Part shown: positions 1 to 9,616 of the stretch, piece after piece
Layout of the letters: the number at the start of each line of letters is the position of its first letter
Numbering within the stretch: the first letter of the stretch is position 1
Assembly: GCA_020184695.1 (NCBI GenBank)
Contig: JAANOX010000248.1
Span: forward strand, 62,001-126,000
Source: Histomonas meleagridis 2922-C6/04-290x
Lineage: Eukaryota; Protista; Parabasalia
Reading direction: 5' to 3'
DNA length: 64,000 bases
Translations under genes and position numbers: made by a program
Notes under the pieces: model-generated
The model's database searches: none
Told to the model about the DNA's origin: nothing
Seen by the model: only the letters and a program-made list of their open reading frames with translations

Positions 1-1
1 A

Positions 2-2149
2 CAAAGCAAAACATCACAAAAGAAACTTAATGAACATTTATCATTATTAAGATTTAGTGTAGCGACGTTACATATTTTTTCGGTAGCATTAACAGAAGGT
101 TATGGTAATAATAATGATGAAGAAAATAATGATGAACCACAACAATGTGAAGGTACTGATGGAATTGGTTTAGGCGAAGGTAAAGGTGATGAAGATATTA
201 CTAATGAAATTGAAGATGAAGATCAATTAATTGGTGATAATGTTAATACTAATAAAGATCAACAAACAGAAGAAGATGTTAATGAAGAAGGAGGATTTGA
301 AGTAGAGCCTGAGTTTGAAGGTGGTGCGGATATAAATGCACAAGAAGAAGAAGAACAAATGGATGATGAAATGGGTGATGCTAATACTGATGAAGCTATG
401 GAATCACGTGAAACTAAAGATGATAGTAAAGAAGCTGATAAAGAAGGAGAACTTGACACTCAAAATAAAGAAGAAAAATTAAATGGTGATGAAGAATCAA
501 ATGGTAATTCTGATATTGATGATGAAGATAATAAGAAGAAACCGAATGAAAGTGAAATGGAATTAGAAGAAGTTGAAGAAGATCAATTCGAAAGTGATGC
601 TGCACAATGGAATGAAAATCCAGAAGAAATTAAAATGGATATTGATGATGATCGAATGATAGAAAATAATTCGGAAGGTAATGAAGAAGAAGAAATTAGT
701 GATGAAGTTATTGAAGAATTACCACCGGATATTGAAGATGAGAAAGATGAATTCTTAGGCAAAACTGCACCAGATAAACATAACATTGAAAATGAAGAAG
801 ATGAATGTGAAGATATGGAAATGGAAGGAGAAGGTAAAGGCGAAGCTCCAGGAGAAGGTACTGAAGGAAGTGGAAGTGATGAAAATGAAAATAATGAAGA
901 AGAAGAAGATAAAAAAGAAGAAAATGAAAATGATAAGTTGAAAGATATCGAAAAAGAATTACAAATTGTTGAACGGAAATTACTTAATAAGAATAAGAAA
1001 CTTAAAGAAGGAGGCGAAGGAGGTCAAATCGATAATGATACGAATGAAGGTATTATATTACCAGCTGATGAAGCAGAAGAACATGATCCAGAGAAAGAAG
1101 TCCAAGAAAATTATGAAGAGAAAGATAATGAAAATGAAGACAAAGAATTAAATGAAGAAAACACAACAAACATTGAAGCAGATGAATATATGACAGTAGA
1201 ACGTGATACAGAAGGATTTACGCATATTAAATTCGAATCATTACCTAATAATCAAATTAATAATGGTAATATTTATCATAATGAATTTAATGTTTTACCA
1301 AGAACAAATATTACTGAAGAAGGAAGAATTAGATGGCAAAACGTTGTTAATAATACACGTGAAAGTTCTGCTGATTTATGTGAACAACTTCGATTAATAT
1401 TAGAAAGTACAGTATCGACAAAAATGCGCGGCGACTTCCGAACTGGTAAACGCTTAAACATGCGAAAGATTATACCATTTATTGCAAGTGGGTTCCGTAA
1501 AGATAAAATATGGATGCGAAGGATTCAACCTGATCAACGTAACTATCAAATTATGTTATGCATTGATAATAGTTTAAGTATGCAAGACGGAGTTGGAGAA
1601 TTAGCATTACAATCCGTGTGTTTGATTATCCAATCATTAACATTATTAGGCATTGGAGAACTTAGTGTTATAAAGTTCGGAGATGTCATCGAAATTGTAC
1701 ATCAATTCGGCGAACAATGGAATGATGAAACAGGTTCACTTATGATGGACGCATTTAAATTCGACGAAGAGAAAACAAAAGTCGACGAGTTACTGAGGGC
1801 ATTGATCGACTATTTGAACGACAAAAAGAAAAACAACGCAATGCAAATAGTGTTCATAATCAGTGACGGACTGTTCTCGAATAAGGAAAGTGTGAAAGAT
1901 TTGGTGATACAGGCGCAGCTGCAGAACATTTTGATTGTGTTCGTGATCATCGATATACAAAATAAGGAAGAAAGAAGTTCGATACTCGACATGAGATCGC
2001 TCGCAATGGTAAATGGAAAGCCGGTCGTCACGCAGTACTTGGACGACTTCCCATTCCCATTCTACGTGCTGATAAATAACCCGAACACATTGCCAATACA
2101 TTTGGCAGACGCGTTAAGGCAATGGTTCGACTTGGCCAATAATCAATAA
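2..2149 (+). CDS. MDN1: Midasin (Rea1/MDN1) C-terminal part: acidic D/E-rich linker plus MIDAS/VWA domain; 5' part lies outside the window
   Basis: Frame is open from position 2. D/E-rich region is followed by LCEQLRLILE..MRGDFRTGKRLNMRKIIPFIASGFRKDKIWMRR and QIMLCIDNSLSM, typical of the midasin C-terminus. The TAA stop is part of TAAA. Confidence 0.95.
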   Translation, partial: QSKTSQKKLNEHLSLLRFSVATLHIFSVALTEGYGNNNDEENNDEPQQCEGTDGIGLGEGKGDEDITNEIEDEDQLIGDNVNTNKDQQTEEDVNEEGGFEVEPEFEGGADINAQEEEEQMDDEMGDANTDEAMESRETKDDSKEADKEGELDTQNKEEKLNGDEESNGNSDIDDEDNKKKPNESEMELEEVEEDQFESDAAQWNENPEEIKMDIDDDRMIENNSEGNEEEEISDEVIEELPPDIEDEKDEFLGKTAPDKHNIENEEDECEDMEMEGEGKGEAPGEGTEGSGSDENENNEEEEDKKEENENDKLKDIEKELQIVERKLLNKNKKLKEGGEGGQIDNDTNEGIILPADEAEEHDPEKEVQENYEEKDNENEDKELNEENTTNIEADEYMTVERDTEGFTHIKFESLPNNQINNGNIYHNEFNVLPRTNITEEGRIRWQNVVNNTRESSADLCEQLRLILESTVSTKMRGDFRTGKRLNMRKIIPFIASGFRKDKIWMRRIQPDQRNYQIMLCIDNSLSMQDGVGELALQSVCLIIQSLTLLGIGELSVIKFGDVIEIVHQFGEQWNDETGSLMMDAFKFDEEKTKVDELLRALIDYLNDKKKNNAMQIVFIISDGLFSNKESVKDLVIQAQLQNILIVFVIIDIQNKEERSSILDMRSLAMVNGKPVVTQYLDDFPFPFYVLINNPNTLPIHLADALRQWFDLANNQ

Positions 2150-2231
2150 AGTATAAAATATTTTAATATAATTTGAATTTTTGTAATTTCAAATGTTATA
2201 CTGTAATTGTTTTTGAAGAATATTAAATGTG

Positions 2232-2327
2232 AACTGATGTTCAAAAATGGTAACACCAAATCCAACTTTTTGAATGGTATTTCTGTTAAAAACGATCAAA
2301 AGTAGTCCCCATTTTTGAACATCAGTT
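2232..2327. repeat. Perfect 19-bp inverted repeat with a 58-nt loop
   Basis: AACTGATGTTCAAAAATGG (2232-2250) is the exact reverse complement of CCATTTTTGAACATCAGTT (2309-2327). Confidence 0.9.
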
Positions 2328-2423
2328 TATAAACAATGGCTAAAAAGTGTTTAAAGTGCTTCAGAATTCCATTCAAAAAATTGAGAAGAAGCCGATATAA
2401 TTTTGATAGCGAATATTGCCACT

Positions 2424-2428
2424 TCACT
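2424..2428 (+). promoter_or_regulatory. Initiator (Inr) element TCACT
   Basis: Matches the trichomonad TCAY(T/A) Inr and lies 8 nt upstream of the ATG at 2436. Confidence 0.6.
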
Positions 2429-2435
2429 TTATTTG

Positions 2436-3503
2436 ATGTCTGAAGTATTCCAAAAATATTCCAATATCGAAATTGCTTCTAGAAAAAAAATTATTGATAC
2501 TATTCGCTTCGGAGGTTACGCAGACCCTTCTATCAAATGGACAGCAAGCATTAAGGTGGATGGAGCTCAGTTTTCAATTTATGTATATCCAAATGAATCT
2601 ATAAAATATAGTCGCCGTAAAGGGTTTTTAACAGACAATGACAAATTTTATGATTATAAAAGTGCTATCAAATCAGAATCTCTTGATCAAAAATCTATTG
2701 AAATCAGACATCTTCTTATAGAAAAAGGAATTTCTTCAGACAATTCCACAATTATAATTTGTGGAGAATTATTTGGAGGTATTTATCTTCATCCAGATGT
2801 TCCTCAAGAAATTGTCACACCAATACAAAAGAGGATTCAATATGCGCCAGGAATTCATTTTTATTGTTTTGATATCATGGTTGAAAAAGATGGACAATTT
2901 CAATACATTGATGATGATGTTGTCACAGAAGTATGTGATAAAGTTAAAATGACATCCCATTATGTTGTAAAAATTGGAACATTTGATGAATGCATGCAAG
3001 TACCAAATAATATACCAGATCCAATTGGTGTTGAATATTATGGACTCCCACCAATTCAAAACAATATAATTGAAGGAATTGTAATTAAACCTGTTCATCC
3101 AATTATGAAAAATAGTGCAAGAATAATATTAAAGAATAAAAATGAAATTTTTGCAGAAAAAATGGATCCAAGACATCTTTGTCCGAAGAAAAAAGAAGTA
3201 AAATCAGATCTATCAGAAAAAGAAGAAGAAATATTGCAACATAAAATGGAATATTTAACAGAATCAAGAATTTGCTCTGTGATTTCAAAGATTGGACAGG
3301 TTTCAAGAAGAGATTTCGTAATGGTAAGAAATGACTTTATTGAAGATGTGAATGAAGATTTCATGAAAGATTATGGCGAAGAAGTAGAAAACTTGAAAAA
3401 AGAAGAATATGATCAAGCAAAAGTTGATGAAAAATTTATGAAAGAAGTCACCAAATGGCTTGGCTTTCGATTTAAGAACTATGTAACAGTAAAAGATAAC
3501 TAA
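2436..3503 (+). CDS. RNA ligase, Rnl2 family (T4 Rnl2 / trypanosome RNA-editing-ligase-like)
   Basis: Nucleotidyltransferase motifs: I KVDGAQFS, III ICGELFGG, IIIa FYCFDI, IV IEGIVIKP, V ILKNKNEIF. Rnl2-type C-terminal segment EYLTESRICSVISKIG. First ATG is at 2436. Confidence 0.88.
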   Translation: MSEVFQKYSNIEIASRKKIIDTIRFGGYADPSIKWTASIKVDGAQFSIYVYPNESIKYSRRKGFLTDNDKFYDYKSAIKSESLDQKSIEIRHLLIEKGISSDNSTIIICGELFGGIYLHPDVPQEIVTPIQKRIQYAPGIHFYCFDIMVEKDGQFQYIDDDVVTEVCDKVKMTSHYVVKIGTFDECMQVPNNIPDPIGVEYYGLPPIQNNIIEGIVIKPVHPIMKNSARIILKNKNEIFAEKMDPRHLCPKKKEVKSDLSEKEEEILQHKMEYLTESRICSVISKIGQVSRRDFVMVRNDFIEDVNEDFMKDYGEEVENLKKEEYDQAKVDEKFMKEVTKWLGFRFKNYVTVKDN

Positions 3504-3807
3504 ATTCACTCTTTTATGCATATAACAAAAACACATTCTTTAATGTAAATTATATTGACACCGTAAGAAGAATTTCTTGGAAAAATACCATTGTGAGTGA
3601 AATACAATGTTATTATATCATATATATTCATTGAACTTGGTAAATATACTTTTTTATATAGATTGAAAATGTATTCTTATCAAAGCAGACAGTTTCTCAC
3701 TGCAAATGAACAAAAAATGTACAAATAAATAAATAAAAAATAAAACGTTAAACATTTCAAAAGTATTTTTCATTATAAAAAAATTCTTTAACAAAACATT
3801 TACTTTA

Positions 3808-6800
3808 TCATGTTATATAACTCGGTCTCAGTGACTCCTTAAACGGCGACAATGATATTGCAGCGTTTTCTGTGAAGTTCTCTTCGTGCAAGTTCCAGAA
3901 GTCGCTAAAGAACTGGTTAATACACTCGCTTACGATTGAGTCTGTTTCTGCAGCATTCGCGAGCGCCGTGAACGCGCTTGATATGTAATCGGGCACATCG
4001 TCGAATATCAACGTCGACGATATTATTGCGAACAAACCTTTTGCGCCGGCAGCTCTTTGTATTGGGTCATCATCGATTAACATTTTTTGGAACATTTCGC
4101 AATATACAGTAATTTTTATACGAATACTTCCGAAAGTTCTAAATATCAATGAAAGAAGTGTTGACGCTGCGTCTTGTACAATTGGGTTTGGATGTATTAA
4201 TGAAGGATTTATATAATTCCAAACTAAATCATCGATTATATTATCATCTAATAAGAAGAATGAATGTTGAATGAAATATATTATTAAACCTAAAATTAAA
4301 CTTTGAGTTTGCCAACATTTATTTGAAGGATTTAATTGTTCGATAACTCGAAGAATTATTTTACGTGAATTATCTTTAGTTATTGGTAATTCCGATATAT
4401 TTGTGATCATATCAGTACAAAATAATTGCGTAAGTGCTTCAATTGCTATTTGTTCTTCATTTTCATCTTTGTTTTCTGATATTTTAATTAAGTCTTCAAG
4501 ATTGTCAATACAATAAGGAATAGAACTAATTGATGAAAATGTTAATGTCTTAAATTCTTCTAATATCCAACGAGATATAAATGAATCATCTGTAGGTATT
4601 ATATATTCATAAAATAATTTCGTCTTCTGTTCATAAAATTCATTGTTAATAAATAACTTAAATAAACTTTCGATAAGTTGTATCACTGCTGAACGTTGTA
4701 AGTCTAATCCTATAGATTTAGTTTCAAATAATATATTAATATATGATGGAAATATATTATTAAACTCATTAATATTTGGTGTAAAGAAATATAATATTTG
4801 TGCCATCTCTGATAATTGTCGTATTGATTTAGTTGATGAATCTGGTTTAAGGTTTTTAATGAAGTTAAATAACCAGAAAAATCGTCGTTTATCTTTAAAT
4901 GTAAATGCATTTTTGATGATTAAATACCATGGAAATGAAGTATCTGATGTCGAATTACATAATTCTCGTTGTAATATATTAAATAATAATGGCTGTATCT
5001 CTAAGATTTCATTATATTTATAATATATTGATGCTGATATTATACCAATTATTACTTCGGCTAATATAAATAATTGCGCTGGTTCAGTTGTGTTCATTAA
5101 TTGAATAACATTTAACATTTTGTTAGAAAATGTTGAACCAAAAAACCTGAAAATTGTACTCCAGAAATAAAATCGATCGAATTGAAATGATTCTTTATTA
5201 TGTTCTTGATCATTAACACATAAATTTATAAACTTCTTTAATAAGTTTTCATTTAATTTTTCATATAAAAGTTTATTTGCTAAAATATGTTCTTGAATAT
5301 TTTCATTATTAAAATATTTCTTTAAAAATTCTTCGTTTTCGGATTCTTCTTTTTTCATTATAATTGATTTATTCGATTTATATAAATGAAATGTATTATC
5401 ATAAAATTGTATTGTATCATAATTATCTGAATTAACATTTGGTAAATTATATGAAAAATTATAAGTTTTAATACGTTTTAATGCAATTTTCGATAATTCA
5501 ATTTCTTCTTCATCTTTAATTTCATTATTTTCAAATTGCTTAATCATATTAACATTTTCTTTTTGTTCTAATTTTTCACGTGGTATTAATTGTTCGATTA
5601 AAGTAGTTAAAACTTGTGTAACAATTTCACGTACTGATGAAATATCCGATTCTAAACAATTAATTAAAAAGTCGAATACTTTCGAATCAATTATTACTGG
5701 CTCACCTTCTACAACAGAACAAATTAAAGCTACTGCATAACTTTGAGTTTCTGTTGATTCTAAATATTGTTTCGATTTTTCGATTGCTCCATAAATTAAT
5801 CTTTTTCGTTCATTACATATATCCTTATTATAAATTTTCGAATGGAAATATTCTTTAGAATCTAAAACAGTTATAATTGTTTGTCTTAATTTACGTAATG
5901 AATCACCAGGTACATCACTAGGTAAATCTCGTAATAATATTAATGCAATATCGACAATTTTTGAGATATTTTCTTCAATATTAATTATCGCACATAATAT
6001 ATTTAATGATGAAGCTATTGTAGATATACTATCTAAAGGTAAATCAAAACAATTCATTAAATCATTTTGGAATTTATCAAATAACTTTGTGATTTGTTCT
6101 TTATATAATTTAGATGCATTATTTAATAAATTTATAAATTCTTCTTTAATCGATGGAAATGGTGAAGTTGCATATTTAATTATATAATTTAATATCTTCA
6201 TTGTTAATGAACAACATGGAAATGGTGCTGCATGTAACCATGATGAATATAATTTTAATGATAACCAATAATGATCATCTGGAAACATAGCTTTAAGTGA
6301 TGATGAATACATTAAACTTAATTTCGAATCTTTCGTTTCTTCTTGATAATTATTTTCTAATTCATCATCTTGAAATGCTATTGGATCATAAGGTATCATA
6401 GCTATCGAGAAACATCGAATTATTTTCGATATAATTAAATGATGTATTTCATTATTATTTAATATATCAATTAACCAATCAATGATTTCTTCGACTTTAT
6501 TAGAAATCGATTTAAATGAATATGAAAATAATTTTAACGTTTCATATTTCGATTCTTCTATTTCAAAGTCATATGGTGATGAACCTCCAATAATACCTTT
6601 TAATAATGATAATGCTATTGATATAGCTTTAATCATTTGTTTATGATTATTAATATTATTTTGATATATGTTCTTCATAATTGGTATAATTCTGTTAACA
6701 AGTTCTAATGCATTTGTTATCGATTCTTCATTAGGTATATGCCATTCAATACTATTTTCATCAATTATAGAAATTCCTTGTTTTTTAGGCATTCGTGGAT

Positions 6801-8709
6801 AACATAATATATATGACCTTAAACACCATTTTAATAATGTACATGATTTCTTCTTAAATTTCTTATTATCATTTAATATTGCTTTTTCGACAAAGTCAAA
6901 AATTTTCGATTTATATATATTGTCAAATTCAAATGAAGATCGTACTAAACATGTTGTAATGACTATGTTTCTTTCTGTTAATTCTTCCATACACCATTTA
7001 CCATAAGTTATAGGACATAATCCATCCATTAAATAATGTAAGTTTTCAATAGGAACTTCATCAATTCGATTTTCTAATGTTTGTGAAAGCATTTTAAATG
7101 TTGAACTATCAGTTGCCTTAATAAAACCTGATAACATTCTTTCCATTGATGATAAAGATTCATTAAAGTCATCACCAATTGCAGATATACTATAATTTAT
7201 ACATTGTTGAATCACTGATACTGCCCATTCACTAAGTGTTTCATCAATCGAATTCGCCCAAATAAATGTATTATATAAACGAAAGACATATAATGATTTC
7301 TCAATATTATTAGTAGAGATATCATCAACAAATGAAACAATTATAAGTTTAAATTGATCAGACATTTCATTAGATACAATAATTGCTGATATTATTGATT
7401 CGATTGTTCGAATTGCTGTTGTCTTTAAATGATGATAATCAATAAGCCTTTCCATAGCATCAAAGATTAATGGTATTGTTAATGTTGGTGATAATTGTAC
7501 AAGATAATTTAAATCATCACAATTAGCATCAGTATGATATAATCCTAATATATATACAGGTAATACAGATGAGATAAACCATTGATGATCATCTTGCGTT
7601 AATGATTTTAGTTTACTTTTGCCTTTTTTATCTGTTTTAACTCGATATGCATATGATGTAATTAAACATCCCATAAAAATTGATGATAAATCAATTGTGT
7701 CATCACTAGCATTTTGTGGTACGGGTGATAATAATGGCGCAATTAATAATAATAATTTGGCTAAATGCTCACGGATAATATCTTTCGATTTTGTGGACAT
7801 CAAATTCACTATGATCGTTGAAAAAGTGGTCGGAATTTCGGTTAATAAAATTTCGTCATTTTCACCAAATAATAATAAGGAATCAATGGTTAAATCATCA
7901 GGTGAATCATTAAGTGACCTTTCATCATCAGTGGGATGTGTCGGCAAATTAAGGAATTTTGCAAGCTTATGAAAAATAAATGGAACATGTGGCGACCAAT
8001 CAAAATCAGGATAATCCTCTTTGCTAAGACGATGGAAAAGATGAAGAAATGCTGCATTAACAGTGTTATGATTAAAATATGAAAATCGAGAAATCATATC
8101 ATCAAACCATAATGTATGCTTGCCAACATTAACAGGTAAGAAATAACATAATAAAACACATGCAGAAGAAAAAAGAGGTGACCCAGGATGTAATAAATGT
8201 GACCATTCGTTAAGAATTTCTTCTGTGGAATCTTCTTTAAAATATTTGGAACAAGCTGAAGCAAATAAAAAGAATTGTAAATTGGCAGTTGGAGCAAGCT
8301 TTGCTTTTCTTTTTGATTTCGTTAAAATAAACCTAAAAATGCAATTATAAACTTGTCGCCAATCAAAACTTACATTAAGTTTGTCACTTGAACCAACAAG
8401 AACAATAAATGTTGGTATAATAACTGCCGCTAGTGAATAATATGGTGATGTAGTGATAAAATTAAAATATATTTTTACGAATTTTTCAACTTCTTCGGTT
8501 GTTAAAGTAAAAATATCTGACGTAATGAACGAAACCATGGAATCTGCCCAAAATGCAATTCTTTCAAAATCACCTGATAAAAAAGCAGGTTCTAAATTTT
8601 CAAAAAGAACTTTTTTCCATGTTTCTTGTGATTGGCTAATGGTTTTTCTGATATCACTCGGGAGCAAGTATGATAATGTATCGTGTTTGATTTGGTTTGT
8701 AATGCTCAT
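3808..8709 (-). CDS. PSME4: Proteasome activator PA200/Blm10 homolog
   Basis: 1633-aa HEAT-like protein. C-terminal block RAAGAKGLFAIISSTLIFDDVPDYI...FFSDFWNLHEE...SYIT resembles the PA200 C-terminal domain, and the N-terminal half (DWRQVYNCI, FDWSPHVPFIF) is also PA200-like. Confidence 0.85.
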   Translation of the reverse strand: MSITNQIKHDTLSYLLPSDIRKTISQSQETWKKVLFENLEPAFLSGDFERIAFWADSMVSFITSDIFTLTTEEVEKFVKIYFNFITTSPYYSLAAVIIPTFIVLVGSSDKLNVSFDWRQVYNCIFRFILTKSKRKAKLAPTANLQFFLFASACSKYFKEDSTEEILNEWSHLLHPGSPLFSSACVLLCYFLPVNVGKHTLWFDDMISRFSYFNHNTVNAAFLHLFHRLSKEDYPDFDWSPHVPFIFHKLAKFLNLPTHPTDDERSLNDSPDDLTIDSLLLFGENDEILLTEIPTTFSTIIVNLMSTKSKDIIREHLAKLLLLIAPLLSPVPQNASDDTIDLSSIFMGCLITSYAYRVKTDKKGKSKLKSLTQDDHQWFISSVLPVYILGLYHTDANCDDLNYLVQLSPTLTIPLIFDAMERLIDYHHLKTTAIRTIESIISAIIVSNEMSDQFKLIIVSFVDDISTNNIEKSLYVFRLYNTFIWANSIDETLSEWAVSVIQQCINYSISAIGDDFNESLSSMERMLSGFIKATDSSTFKMLSQTLENRIDEVPIENLHYLMDGLCPITYGKWCMEELTERNIVITTCLVRSSFEFDNIYKSKIFDFVEKAILNDNKKFKKKSCTLLKWCLRSYILCYPRMPKKQGISIIDENSIEWHIPNEESITNALELVNRIIPIMKNIYQNNINNHKQMIKAISIALSLLKGIIGGSSPYDFEIEESKYETLKLFSYSFKSISNKVEEIIDWLIDILNNNEIHHLIISKIIRCFSIAMIPYDPIAFQDDELENNYQEETKDSKLSLMYSSSLKAMFPDDHYWLSLKLYSSWLHAAPFPCCSLTMKILNYIIKYATSPFPSIKEEFINLLNNASKLYKEQITKLFDKFQNDLMNCFDLPLDSISTIASSLNILCAIINIEENISKIVDIALILLRDLPSDVPGDSLRKLRQTIITVLDSKEYFHSKIYNKDICNERKRLIYGAIEKSKQYLESTETQSYAVALICSVVEGEPVIIDSKVFDFLINCLESDISSVREIVTQVLTTLIEQLIPREKLEQKENVNMIKQFENNEIKDEEEIELSKIALKRIKTYNFSYNLPNVNSDNYDTIQFYDNTFHLYKSNKSIIMKKEESENEEFLKKYFNNENIQEHILANKLLYEKLNENLLKKFINLCVNDQEHNKESFQFDRFYFWSTIFRFFGSTFSNKMLNVIQLMNTTEPAQLFILAEVIIGIISASIYYKYNEILEIQPLLFNILQRELCNSTSDTSFPWYLIIKNAFTFKDKRRFFWLFNFIKNLKPDSSTKSIRQLSEMAQILYFFTPNINEFNNIFPSYINILFETKSIGLDLQRSAVIQLIESLFKLFINNEFYEQKTKLFYEYIIPTDDSFISRWILEEFKTLTFSSISSIPYCIDNLEDLIKISENKDENEEQIAIEALTQLFCTDMITNISELPITKDNSRKIILRVIEQLNPSNKCWQTQSLILGLIIYFIQHSFFLLDDNIIDDLVWNYINPSLIHPNPIVQDAASTLLSLIFRTFGSIRIKITVYCEMFQKMLIDDDPIQRAAGAKGLFAIISSTLIFDDVPDYISSAFTALANAAETDSIVSECINQFFSDFWNLHEENFTENAAISLSPFKESLRPSYIT

Positions 8710-9616
8710 GATATCTGGTCAGAAAATAAATTAAACGGATACTTTATAAAGTTCAGAAATACGATACAATAATTAACACTTTTTGTAAACATTCACTTTA
8801 TTTTCATCTTGGTATAATCGAAAAAGTATAATTTTAAGTTTTAATAAAATCTGGGTTTGTTTGATTTATATGCTATATTCATTGTCTGAATCATTACTTT
8901 AATTTTCATTCTTAATTCCCTTCATTATAATTTTAATTAATTTAATGATCCGGTAATCACATGATTAAATACAAATAAATATTCCTATACTGAATCTACT
9001 GAAGGATTTAACATTACGTCAAAATAAAAACTAGATTTAAACTTCACTTCAATAAGTAATCGTAAAAATATCAATGAAAATAAAACTACTGAATTATATG
9101 AATCCTTAAATTTTTGTAAAAAAAGAAAATTTATTCAATTTCTATTTTGCAAAACAGATCTGATATATGAAAGTGTGATATTTTCTAGGAAATCGTATAT
9201 GCATATACTAAAAAGTTTCCCATAATCAAAACTGGAAAATTGTTCTTCAGATAATTTTCGTATTTTTCTTGTTTTATCTGCTTTCAACAACTTTTTGAAA
9301 ACACGCAACAAATACCGATACATTCAATTACTTTCAAAAACTCGTAGATTTTCTGTCACAACACCTGACAGAATAAACGGTCGAAATTTAATGTCGGTAA
9401 TTTAAAATTATTGGATTCACAATAATACTTAGCTCCTTATTGGGGACGCAAAAATCAACAAAACAATATTGATCAGATTTCACAACTTTTATCTAAATAA
9501 CTATATTAGAATACATGAACACCCTCCCAGAAAAAATTAAATATCGTTCACCTGCCAAAACCGTCATATATTTTGATTTCAAAGCAATTTTTCAAAGCAT
9601 ATTGAATTTCAAAAAA

